From NCBI RefSeq assembly GCF_000315625.1, contig NW_005434671.1, forward strand, positions 248,001 through 312,000: 64,000 nucleotides of DNA, written 5' to 3'. Numbering within the stretch: position 1 is the first letter of the stretch; the number at the start of each line of letters is the position of its first letter. The translations under genes and the position numbers were made by a program. Of the stretch, positions 51,061 through 61,801 are shown piece by piece. Source of the DNA: Guillardia theta CCMP2712 (Eukaryota > Protista > Cryptophyta). A model generated the notes under the pieces. It worked only from the letters and a program-made list of their open reading frames with translations, was not told the origin of the DNA and made no database searches.

Positions 51061-51557
51061 AAGATTTCGAGAAGAAATTTGAAATTGAAGATACGCTGAT
51101 GTTTGAAATTGAAGATACGCTGATGTTATACCGACATGTGCACAACAATCCCAATCGTCCTGTCTTTAACATAGATAAACTCACATCGAATCATATTGTT
51201 GCTCCTCGTTACCCTGTAATTTAAACGATTTTAATCCAAATTTTGAGAGAATTTGGCTTCTCGTAGACAAAAACATTTCGATTCGGATTGTTGCCCTTCG
51301 GTTCGTGGTATTCCAGAGCGTCTGTTCCTGGTTGAGCAGGGCAACAATACGAAACGACGGGAATCAATTCCAGCACCGCGACGATCTGGATTGTTGCTCT
51401 ACTTCATTTGTATCTTGCAAGCCTGCGTCGATTCGGATTATAAAATACCGGCGTCGATTGGGATTATAAAATACCGCGTCGATTGGGATTGTTGCCCTCG
51501 CTTCATTTGTATCCTGACGAGGTCAAGCTGAAATCGAAACGATTCGCATTGTTGCTC
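50624..51557. repeat. Array of 12 dispersed 18-bp motifs (CGWTTSGRATTGTTGCYC) in both orientations
   Basis: Forward at 50669, 50725, 51187, 51279, 51382, 51480, 51540; reverse at 50624, 50901, 51025, 51140, 51339; truncated at 51429 and 51455. Confidence 0.85.
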
Positions 51558-52052
51558 TTTTGTATCTTCTAGCTTCAATATTTGTACATGAGTGGGGATG
51601 TGGTCCATTTTGTGAGGCGCCCAAATGTGATCAGACCCGCCCCGGAGTGGTCTAACGGCAGTGACAGCGTTGCCTGCACGCCTTGAGTGAGGATGGTGGA
51701 GATGTCCGATCTCCTTGGCCGCACCGTCCAGGCAGTCACTGCCCAAGTCTCCTCACTGACTCTGCCATGATCAGACGGTGCCAGTGGGGTGCAATACTGA
51801 CAACAGCCCGCTGTCACGTATCGACAGTGCCACGGTGCGTTGATTGAGCGGCTTACACGACTTGAAGAAGCGCAGCCGGGGTCCACTAAGTGAGAAACCG
51901 GGTGTTTGATCACTGATTGCGAGTCCGAGATGAATCGATCAGCCATGATTAATGCAACTGATGAACGTGTGAGGAATTGTTGTGGCGTAGGATCACTAGC
52001 GATGGATTGTATGATAGTCGAAGCGCAGTGAGGCGGCGAAAGACGACATCAC

Positions 52053-55000
52053 ATGAGCTCATTTCAGTCTCGTTCTAGCGTCGTTCCAAGTTCTTCGGCG
52101 GAAACTGACGCGAGGAAAGAAAGACGAAGTCTGACTCCATTCTGGGACACGAATGTGAGAGAAAAAGTGAAGGAGAATCAGGCGTCTACCTCTGTTGTGG
52201 GACATACAAATCAACCGGCTGCTACCTTCTCCTTCGAGAGCCGGAGGCAGAACCTGAAGCCGAACAAGAACTCTGACTTGTTTGCAGCGTCTTCGAAAGA
52301 GAAGAACGAGGAGGCCTTGAAGGGGTGGAAGCCATGGAGAAAGGCGTTGAACAAGTACAGCCATGAGGGCAAAGACAAGAAGAAGATCTCTCAGGCCTTG
52401 TCAAAGATCGCTGCTGAGACTCTGATCCAGTCAAACCCTCTGTTGGAGGCCTCGCAAGACAGTCTCACCCCCAATTATCAAGTTCGCGACCTCTCCTCGC
52501 TCTCTCTCTCTGACCTGTGCATCTTGAATGTGGCATTTCAAGCCGCCGACGTGGATAACAGTGGTGCTCTCGACATGCAGGAGTTCATCAACGCCTTCCT
52601 TCCGTTGCTGGCCGCGGGAGCCGGAGACCTTCACCTGATGTTCATGAGGATAGACGCGGACTGCGATGGCACCATAACTTGGGAGGAGTTTCTTTCTTTC
52701 ATCGTCATGCAGGATGACGGAGCGATTCAACTCGAAACTGAAAGCTCGAGGAAGCTTTTTCAATATCCGAGCATCGCAGACAATGCTCTGCAGATCGTGG
52801 GGCACAAGGAAGTGGCAGCTGGTTTCATTTGCTTCGACGAGGTTGATAAGTACTTGTCCTACAGCAGGAAAGGAGACCTGCTCGTCTGGTGGCCAGACGC
52901 CATTGATGGGGTGAAGATCCGCAGCCCGAAAGCTTACCAAACTGACTTGTCTTTCATCGTCGGGCTCATTCATGTTGCCAAATTTGGGCATTCTGATAGA
53001 TTTGCCGTGTGTGCTGCAAACAAGCGCCTCCTCTTCCTCGACTTGATCCGAGACAGCTTCAAGGTTGTGGGGCAGCTCGTTCTCGACATCTCACCCCTCT
53101 CCATCTGCATGATTGCCATCAAGGGCGATACAGAAAGCTCGAATGAGAGCATGATCGCCTTCGGAGACGACTTCGGAAGCATCCATCTGTACGATGCCGA
53201 CAAGCTGGTGCACATAGCCAGCCGACATGAGCTCACTGCCAACGGCTTGTCCAAGGAGATGTGGACTGCTAGGGCCGCGTACATCAGCTCATGGCAGGCG
53301 CATGACAAGACCGCCTGGGTGACCAAGTTGGACTATCACGACGAGACGCGCATGCTGCTGTCGTCAGCGTCGGATGGGCAGCTTGTGGTCAGCGATGTCA
53401 TTCGCCGAACGATCAAGCACGATGGCTTCAGACACAGAGGGGAGGTAGCGGATTTCTTGTGGATGCCCAAGTGGCAGCTGCTGGCTTCATGTGGTATTGA
53501 GAGGTACATCAGCATCTGGCAGATTCCCATCAAAAACCCCGCGTACAAGCTAGAAGGGCACCAGGCGTCTGTTCACAAGTTGGCGTATGGAGGTGGGCAA
53601 CTCATCAGCCTAGACACGAGCAAGACAATCATCATATGGGACCTCAGAGATATGGAGCCCATCCAACGCCTGGAAGCAGCCAAAGTCCACCAGGAGTTTC
53701 CAGTGTCGAGCATCATCTTCGACGCTCGCAGGAACACGTTGCTGAGCATCTCTCGAAAGATTCTTCCATGGCACATATCAGAGCGCAAGGTTCCCAACGG
53801 GCACGCTCTGCCCATCTCCTGCTGCGTTTACAACCCCACCTTTGAGATCCTCGTCAGCACGGACGAGGCCTCGGTAGTGCGAGTGTGGAACGTCAACACA
53901 GGAAAGGCGATCATCCGTTACGAGAACGCGCACACCAACGCCAAGTCGGAGCCAGTCAAGATAACGGCAGCCACCTTCGACCAGACCAATCGGCGGCTCA
54001 TCACAGGAGCGCATGATGGGAGCATCAAGGTGTGGAACTTCAGCACGGGCCAGCACCTGAGAGAGCTGGAGGGGTTTGGGAGCGGAGAGGTCACTTCGAT
54101 CCAGAACTTCAGCATCACTCCCTACGACTACATCGTTGCAACAGGGTGGAACCACAAGGTCTCGTTCTGGGAGGAGTCAGGGAGCAGCACGGCAGAGAGG
54201 CAGGGCAGCAAGAAGGCAGTGACGCATCACTTCGAGGGTCACGGGGAGGACATTCTGTGCATGGTCTGCCACAAGGAGGCCAACCTCATCGTCACCTCCT
54301 CCTACGACGGTGACATCATCATATGGAACCACGAGCTCGGCATCCCCCGAGCTCACCTGGTCCTGCCCGGCATCCGCATGATGACGCAAGAGCAGAAGCC
54401 GATAGAGGCCATGGTGATCATCTGCTGCCCGAGCCAGGTGGAGCAGGAAGACTTGATTCTGCTGGTAACAGCCGGAGGAGATGGGGTCGTGAGGTTCTGG
54501 AACGTGACGGGGGCGCCTGAGCTGCTGCTGGAGTACACCATGAAGGACTCGAGGGACGCAGGTTTGTCCTCGTTGATCTCGTGCGAGAGGAGCAAGGTTA
54601 TGATCCTCACTGACAACCATGGCTTCGTCTACGTCTTCGACATCCAGGCTACCATGAAGAGCGCGGGGCAGGCGACGGACATGTCAGACATTCGGCTGTG
54701 TCGTCCAGTGCAGAGGAGCAAGTGGCGAGCGCATCTTCAAAGCATCACGAGCGTCTGCTACGTCAACTCAAGGAGAATCGTCATCACGGGATCGCGCGAC
54801 TGCACCATCTGCGTGTGGACGATCCATGGGCACAGACTGGGGATCCTCGGTGAACCTTCAGGATGGGAGCTGACGGCCGACATGTTCCGAGACTTCAGGC
54901 TGGATGAAGCAGCCTTCGATGCCTCGCTGCCGGAGGAAGAGGAGGAGAGTGGGCAGCGGACGGAGAGTCCCAGCCCTGTCGCAGAGTCGGGCAAAGACAA

Positions 55001-55625
55001 AGTTCAGCCAGAGAACGACTCGTCGAGCCGGATCCCCATCTTCACCCTGCAAGCTCAGATGACGGGGAAGAGGCTGGCAGTGACAGACCCAACACAGGAA
55101 GAGGGCAAGAAGACGATGGCTGACGAGTCGAAGCAGCAGGCAACTCAGAACGCTTTCTTCATGACTCAGGACTTGGATATCAGCACAATATCACGGGACG
55201 GTGAGCTCGAGGAGGACAACAAGGACACGGAGAGCATCAGCGACAGTTCGTCGTCCGAGCTCGACCTCCTCTCCTTTGCCGATGCTGGTCCTCTACGTCT
55301 GCAGGAGATGGGAGGGAAGCAGGAGGTTTCCATCAACTACGCGCTCAAGGACGAAGTCGACTCGATCCTCCAGCGGGCCAAGGAGAAGCGAGAGAACCCG
55401 GAGAAGTACTTCGAAGCTTCCTCCCTGGAGATCTCAGCGTACCAGAAGATGATAGTGAGCGACCTCCATGAGCTCTCCCTGCCCGCGTCTGTGTCAAAGA
55501 AGATGATGAAGGGCAAGAGGCTGGTCAAGGCAGCCTTGTCGCACGGCAAGGATCAGACGCCTTTCTCTGACGTTGACTCCGAGTTCGGATCGGAATCTGC
55601 GTTCGAGAGGGACAGAGCGCTATGA
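52053..55625 (+). CDS. EF-hand + WD40 repeat protein (WDR49/WDR64-like, probably ciliary), single exon
   Basis: EF-hands DVDNSGALDMQE and DADCDGTITWEE followed by many WD repeats (ITGAHDGSIKVWN, GHGEDILCM, ITGSRDCTICVW); acidic tail. Confidence 0.9.
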   Translation: MSSFQSRSSVVPSSSAETDARKERRSLTPFWDTNVREKVKENQASTSVVGHTNQPAATFSFESRRQNLKPNKNSDLFAASSKEKNEEALKGWKPWRKALNKYSHEGKDKKKISQALSKIAAETLIQSNPLLEASQDSLTPNYQVRDLSSLSLSDLCILNVAFQAADVDNSGALDMQEFINAFLPLLAAGAGDLHLMFMRIDADCDGTITWEEFLSFIVMQDDGAIQLETESSRKLFQYPSIADNALQIVGHKEVAAGFICFDEVDKYLSYSRKGDLLVWWPDAIDGVKIRSPKAYQTDLSFIVGLIHVAKFGHSDRFAVCAANKRLLFLDLIRDSFKVVGQLVLDISPLSICMIAIKGDTESSNESMIAFGDDFGSIHLYDADKLVHIASRHELTANGLSKEMWTARAAYISSWQAHDKTAWVTKLDYHDETRMLLSSASDGQLVVSDVIRRTIKHDGFRHRGEVADFLWMPKWQLLASCGIERYISIWQIPIKNPAYKLEGHQASVHKLAYGGGQLISLDTSKTIIIWDLRDMEPIQRLEAAKVHQEFPVSSIIFDARRNTLLSISRKILPWHISERKVPNGHALPISCCVYNPTFEILVSTDEASVVRVWNVNTGKAIIRYENAHTNAKSEPVKITAATFDQTNRRLITGAHDGSIKVWNFSTGQHLRELEGFGSGEVTSIQNFSITPYDYIVATGWNHKVSFWEESGSSTAERQGSKKAVTHHFEGHGEDILCMVCHKEANLIVTSSYDGDIIIWNHELGIPRAHLVLPGIRMMTQEQKPIEAMVIICCPSQVEQEDLILLVTAGGDGVVRFWNVTGAPELLLEYTMKDSRDAGLSSLISCERSKVMILTDNHGFVYVFDIQATMKSAGQATDMSDIRLCRPVQRSKWRAHLQSITSVCYVNSRRIVITGSRDCTICVWTIHGHRLGILGEPSGWELTADMFRDFRLDEAAFDASLPEEEEESGQRTESPSPVAESGKDKVQPENDSSSRIPIFTLQAQMTGKRLAVTDPTQEEGKKTMADESKQQATQNAFFMTQDLDISTISRDGELEEDNKDTESISDSSSSELDLLSFADAGPLRLQEMGGKQEVSINYALKDEVDSILQRAKEKRENPEKYFEASSLEISAYQKMIVSDLHELSLPASVSKKMMKGKRLVKAALSHGKDQTPFSDVDSEFGSESAFERDRAL

Positions 55626-55674
55626 GCAATGCATGCCATGCTAGACGAGATTTCTGCTCTGATGACTTTTAACT

Positions 55675-56779
55675 TTATGTTTTCCAAACTGGTTTTCTCT
55701 TTTCAATGAAAGCTCCGATTCCTTCTTCGGCGTCCGCTATCTTCATGTTGTTGACCATCACGCCCTGTGAGCAAGCAATCAGCCTGTCGTCTCTTCTCGA
55801 CATTCATTCCGCAAGTTTTACCTTGCCGTACTCATATGCTGCCACAAGGTCTTCCATACTTGCTTGCTTGTAGAACGCTGCCTTGCCGATGGAGATGGTC
55901 TCGGAAGGAGCCTGAACATGGGCGTCAAGTGACGGGAAGACAGCCCTGGACATGTACCGCAGCGATCTTCATCGCCAGACTTTCTGTCGTCGCTTGCAGG
56001 GCATGCGGGGTGGTCACTTGGTTCACTAGACCGTAAGACAACGCCTGATGTCCTCCATTATTCTCGGCCCCTCCCTCATCACGCGCACCTGCTCTGCCGT
56101 GAGCATGTCGCCGGTGAGCAGCATCGACATGGCATGCTTGGCGTGCATAGAGCGCGCGATGGCAACTCCTGGAGTTGTGCAGAAGAGCCCAATCTTGACA
56201 CCCGGGGTTGAAAATGTTGCTTCCTCGGACGCAACCGCCAGGTCACACGCTGCAACCAGCTAGGCGAGAGATGAGAGGACAACCGCTGCATGCAGAAGAG
56301 GACATACCTGACAGCCACCCGCTGTTGCTAGTCCGCTGACCTCGGCGATCACAGGATACCTCACCTTGCGTATCTGCATGTTGCGTCAAGAGAAAACTCG
56401 ACTACGGATTCCAAGGTGCTGGTCGTACCGCTAACATGAGGTCCGAGCATGCTGCAAAGACTTTCTCTGTGCTCCCGACAGTCTTCTGCAGCATGGAGAG
56501 CTCTTTGAGGTCATGCCCGCTGCTGAAGACCTTCCCCGCGTGCCGCAGGACCGCTACCTTCACGCTGCGGTCCTCTTCGAAGGACTGGATCTTGTCTCGG
56601 AGCTCCGTCATGAGGCTGAAGGAGAGGGCGTTCCTCTTGCTGTTGTCGTTGAGGGTGAGGAAGGCAACTCCTTCCTTCACCTCGCTCAGGATCTTCTCCT
56701 CCCCAGTGCTCATCCTCCTCCTCCCCAGCTCCCTGGCTACTCTCCCGAACCCCTGTCGAGCCAGCATTGCGAGATTCAT
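55675..56779 (-). CDS. Mitochondrial enoyl-CoA hydratase/isomerase (ECHDC3-like)
   Basis: Presequence [23 protein letters not shown]; [63 protein letters not shown]. Confidence 0.93.
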
Positions 56780-57132
56780 CCACAGGGTGGGGGTACTCAG
56801 AGAGGAATGGAGGGGTACTTGTGTCGAATGAGGGGTTGGGGTCTTTTTGGTAAAAAGGGGAGGTAGGGGTGGGGCAAGTGGAGGAGGAGTGAGGAGGCCG
56901 CCTTGCTGTCCTCGTCCTCCTCGCTCCCCGCCGCCACCCCCCTCCCTCCTCCTCCTTCTCCTCCTCCTCTCTCCCCTGCTCCGCCCCTTCCTCTCTCTCT
57001 CCTCCTCCTCTCCTCCCTCCTTACACTTGGCCCCTCTGAGATCCACTGGCCTCCTCGAGCCTTGCTCGGTTCAGTCCGTGCGTCCACGGGCTGACCCAAG
57101 GACGGTCTCCTCCGCTGCTGTGCTAGCGCACC

Positions 57133-59258
57133 ATGTCAAGCGCGGGCCACTCGCGCCGAAAGGCAGGGAATCCGAACAATGCGCCTGATGTCGTCCAAGA
57201 GAAGCAGAAGCTGAAGGCTGAGAAGAAGGATCAGAAGAAACGGTGTGACTCGTTAGCAAGAGGGGGAGGGTAGATGTGACTGACTTGAGTCTGCAGAGAC
57301 GAGCGTATCAAGCAGCTCTCGTGGAAGTATGGTCTCTCCACGGCTGGAGTTGTCATCACCATCGCATGCATCTATTCCTTGGTCACCATCTCCCGCTCCA
57401 GCGTCCGCACAATAGAACTGAACAACGCGGATCTGCTGAAGGAGGTAGGAGGTCCGAGCGCGGTGGTGGAGGAGTGAAAGAATGTTCTCCAGGTCTTCTT
57501 CGGGGGAGATCCATGGATGGTCCATTGCGCCAACGAGAACACCACAGGGTTGTCCGCCGGCTTCCTGGGGGCGGCCAAGAGGCTGTCGGTGACGTCGTCG
57601 ATCAAGTTTGGAGCCATTGATTGCGGTGGGAAGCTTCCTTCCAACAAGACCTTCTATGAGCGCTTCAAGCTCCCTCTCTACGACTTCAACAAGAACAGGC
57701 CTCTCGGCTTCTTGTTCGCCAACGGAGATTCGCCACTGCAGGTGACGAAACGAGACCTCCCAGTGTGCGAGTGACCTTTCGCATTTCAGATCCCCGATGA
57801 CCTTTATAGTGAGCCCAAGAAGCTGTCGAACTGGGCAGAGAAGAACAGGTTCCTTCTCCTCCTATCCTCCTCCTCCCAACCCCCACGCCAAATTCTTCCG
57901 GGCCCGCAGATCGAGCTCGCTTCTACTTGCCGGCGATGATGTCCCATATATGTGTTAGACTCTTACCACCTCGTGTGGAGGGAAGATAAATTTCTGGGCT
58001 GAGCCGTGCAAGTGTCGTCGTGCTCGATCGAGGTGCATGCGAGAAGCTCGTGCAGAGCTGGAGAGGATCGGGGAGCAGTTCCATTCTTACTGAGGGGATG
58101 CGATTGCTCTCCGAGACTTTGTTGGTCAGACTTGGCATTGATGCTCCGAATTATGTGTTAGACTTCCGAATCACTTGTGTTGAGACTTTCTTATCGGCTG
58201 AGCCATCTGACCAACAGAATCTCTCTCCCCCTCCCCCTCCTCCCCTCTCCTCCTGATGTCATGTTTTCCCTTGACCTTGTCTTCACCCAGCAAGCCGAGT
58301 GTCAAGGAGGTGGCGTGGGATCGAACCTTCCAGAAGTTTTGTATCCTTCGGGACGCCTGTGTAATGCTGCACACCAAGGGGAAGTACAAGGCGCCTGCAT
58401 GGCTGGTTAAGGTGATGACTCGCCATCGCGCCACCAAGTTCGTCAGTATCAATCGCAAGATGCACAAAACTTCCTTCGATGGTCAGGTCGGGCTTAGTTG
58501 CCGCGTCATGTCTCAAGAAGCTGAGCTCGTGGACAGGTGCGCTTGTCACGGGCCGAGGACAAGCCTCGTCTTGCTATCATGCAGCGGTCCAAGGATGGGG
58601 AAGACTTCAAGTACCGGGTGACGCAGTACCGAGGAGAGTGGAACGAGAAGGATGTGGAGAAGTTTGTCCATGATCTGGTTGTGAAGGGAGCAAGCCACAA
58701 GGACACGGTACTTTGACCTCCTTCTTCCTCTTCACAGCCTAGGATGACACGAGCTTGCTGTTGTAGGTACCCTTGGAAGGGAAGCCTTGGTTCGACGCTC
58801 CTCCTAAGGGTCAGAAGGGCAAGGCGAACGCAAGACAGGGAGGACAAGCCAACGAGCGGGTGAGTCTAACTCTCCCTCTCCTCCTCCTTACCTCAGCATG
58901 TGATCTGTCTGGCTTCCCCTTTGCCCTCGTCGCGTCTGAATGACTTGATTCACAGCGTCAGCGAGTTCGCCGCGAGCAGGCTAGCAGGGAGGAGAGCGAG
59001 CAAACAAGAGTAGGATCATAGTCAAGATTGTTCTCGTCCTCACAGTGTCGCAGAGCTCCCGCACTAGCAGTGCCAACCCAGAGGACAAGGACGCGGAGGA
59101 TGAGGAGAGGAGGATGGAAGCTGTAAAGAGGGCAGAGCAGCAGGTAGGATGAAAGAGGTCCTTGTAAGGTTTTGCTGACATGCTTTGAGCAGTTGTCGGA
59201 GGAGGATGAGTTTGTTGTGAGCGACATCGAGGACGAAGAGGACAGCGGCATCGTTTGA
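57133..59258 (+). CDS. Type-II membrane protein with a non-catalytic thioredoxin-like region; snoRNA host gene
   Basis: TM AGVVITIACIYSLV, then ELNNADLLKE|VFFGGDPWMVHC..KFGAIDC..LPS and YRGEWNEKDVEKFV; acidic C-terminus EDSGIV*; no CxxC seen. Confidence 0.65.
57925..58013 (+). ncRNA. Intronic box C/D snoRNA 1 (snR58/SNORD104-like guide)
   Basis: Stem ACTTGC-CGGC / GCCG-T-GCAAGT; C box ATGATGT 57936; guide TATGTGTTAGACT antisense to conserved LSU rRNA GAGUCUAAC; D' CTTA 57962; D box CTGA 57999. Confidence 0.78.
58113..58223 (+). ncRNA. Intronic box C/D snoRNA 2 (paralogue)
   Basis: Stem GTTGGTCAGA..TGGC / GCCA-TCTGACCAAC; C box TTGATGC 58138; guide TATGTGTTAGACTT; D' CCGA 58166; D box CTGA 58198. 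Confidence 0.8.
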
Positions 59259-59390
59259 TCCTTGTGATGATCATGAGCAACATGTTCCGAGACAGTTGAG
59301 GGATCCCGAGGGGAAGAAATATTTTGAAATGTCCAACCTTGTCCTCCCTGCTTGCTTTCGAGTATTATTTCACTTGTCACAAACTTCTGC

Positions 59391-61645
59391 TTACGGCACT
59401 GATACTTCACGATCTCCGAGTTTGCAGAGATGAATGTAGACGTCTGTTCCATGCCCCTGGTAGGATCGAGTTACTTATCCTGCTCATGGCAAACGCCCAA
59501 TGAACGCATGCCCAGCTCCTCCTTACCTGCATCGACATGACGTGCAGATCTCCTCCAAACGCCCTCGCATGGATTCGGCTCAGCGGCAGGCCGTGAGCAA
59601 AACCTGCCATGATCGGCCGGCCGGGTGTCTGCGGGTGACAGCAGGTGAGAGAAGCAGGGAGAGCGATCTTGCTCTCACATTGAGCTGCTGAAGTTTCTCC
59701 AGCGTGTTCCCAGCAGTTGTGAACGTGTAAGTCCAGAGGCGCTGGAGGCCAACGTGAGAAAAAGGTTTCAACTCGCGGCTCTTCTTACGTCCATCCCTGA
59801 TCTCGGGATTCCTCCTCCCTTGTCCGAAATTTTGATGGCGATGTCTTCACTGCCCTCAGCAAAGACGACAGTGATGGGTTCCATCTAAGACAGCCAGCGC
59901 TCTCAGCCCCTCCCTCCCCACCCAGCACATGCCCACCTTCTCCGGCTTGTCGCGAAAGCGCTCGGTTACAGCTCTCATGGAGTTCTACATGGGAGGATGA
60001 GAGTCATGGAAGCGGGCGACATATCAGGCAGCCTCTACCTTGATCAGCTCGAAGAAGATGTAGTGGAGATGCTCGGGAATGTAGCTCAGCTTCAGCCCCA
60101 GGTTCCCCTCTAGGATAACCTGCCATGGCGGCGTCAGTTGGCCGTCTGGAATATTGAGGGTCGGAGACAAACCTCAGGAGATATCCCATAGCTCATCTCG
60201 CAGATGGCCCGGGCATCTTCAATAGCGTGCTCGCAGACGACAGAGGGCTGCGGCAACCGATCACGCGAAGGAGAGCGAGGAGGAGGGAGCTGACACCACG
60301 CATTCTTTCTGGATGATACCGATGAAGCCTTCTTGAGGATGGTGTAACATGATATGCTGAGAGATCTTGACGTCACGAGCGGTTCTCGCGCTCCTCTCGA
60401 CCGTACCTGACCGATCAAAACTCTCACGCCCACTCTTGAAAGATAGAATCTATCCAGGAACTGCCCGAAATCAAAGGGCACTAACAAGAAGCGAGAGACG
60501 TCACTCTATACACCACCAAAAGGTTGCAAAGATACTTCCGGCATGCATCAAGACGTCCTTCTGCTGCTGCACATCCTTCCTCTCCTTAGCTAGCTCCTGC
60601 AAGTTCATGCAAACTTTCAGGAACGAAGGCATCTCCATACCCAATCGCTCACCTGCAGCCCTCGAGCGATGTTCGCTTGCACACTGTTATGCTCGGTCTT
60701 GATGTCATCGAGCATTTCAGTAAACCTTTCCTCCAGCTCTGTGGTACTCGGCTTCGGAAACCTGACCAGTCACCAAGTCAGGAGGAGGAAGGGATATACA
60801 CTGAGCTCACCTGCGGATGCGGAAAAAGCTCCTCTCGTACAACTTCCGCACTCCTTTTATTGACACCATCTCTCCCAGGCCGAAGGGCAAACGTTTCAGC
60901 TCCCTCGCTCGCCTTGCAAGGCGGACAGGCAGCTCCTCGTGTAGGAACTGGGCAGCAAGGAGAAGTGTACGCTTGCTCTTGTTCGACGATGCACCGAACT
61001 GATACATCTCTTTCAGCGTGATTGTTGCAGGATGTCTGTAATATTGATCAGAGCAATCAGAGAAGAGCCAGAACAAGAACGAGGGGAGTAGAGTAGGAGG
61101 CAGTAGCCGTACATCGTCAAACATTTGCACCAATCTCATATCAGCATTCATCGTCATTCAAGTCAGCCAACAGCACGCTTTTTCACTATCATCGTCGTTC
61201 AACATTTTCTCTGCAGCATTGCCCTTGGGTTCTTCTACATCGATGTGTCTCACCTCAGCGAGTAGTACATGATCTCGTGGGTGTCCTCCTCCGATTCCGC
61301 TCCGTCGATGCTCATGAGACGAACGTGTCCAGGCGCCGCCAGTGAGTTGTGAGGCTGCTCAGGAACGCTCTGCCGCCATACATTCGCCTTGCATTGAGAT
61401 GTCTTGGTTGCCGCTCCCTGCCGCACAGGAGGAGAGGAGGCACGCCGGTCACTCGAAGAGTTGGAGTAAGCATGGGCCTGCTTGGACGAGGCTGCTCCTA
61501 GAGGGAAGTGAAGGTGCAGGTCGAGCTGAGGAGTGGCTTGGGAGGGAGAAGAGGAGGGGGAGGGGGAGGGCAGGAGGGCAGGAGGCAGGCGAAGCCCCAT
61601 GGAGCAGCGGCTCAAGGAGCCTTGCCAGCGGCTCATGGACAGCAT
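59391..61645 (-). CDS. Mitochondrial pyruvate dehydrogenase kinase / BCKD-kinase family protein
   Basis: AAQFLHEELPVRLARR, FLDRFYLSRVGVRVLIGQ, HLHYIFFELIK|NSMRA, IKISDKGGGIP, MAGFAHGLPLSRIHARAFGGDL, GHGTDVYIHL. Confidence 0.93.
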
Positions 61646-61801
61646 GGGGGACGTAATGACCTCTGGGGGTGGGTCGTAACATAGAAGAAATCAGGGGTAC
61701 TTGCCGAGGGGTAGGAATTATAAGGAAATTTAAGGAACCGTCTAAAAATAGAAGGAACCATAAGGAACTTCAAGGAACCTGTAAGAACCGAAACTTGTTA
61801 C

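Noticed and set aside
50624-51557. CRISPR array interpretation of the 18-bp repeats
   Set aside because: Repeats are short, degenerate, mixed in orientation and irregularly spaced; no cas genes; eukaryotic context.
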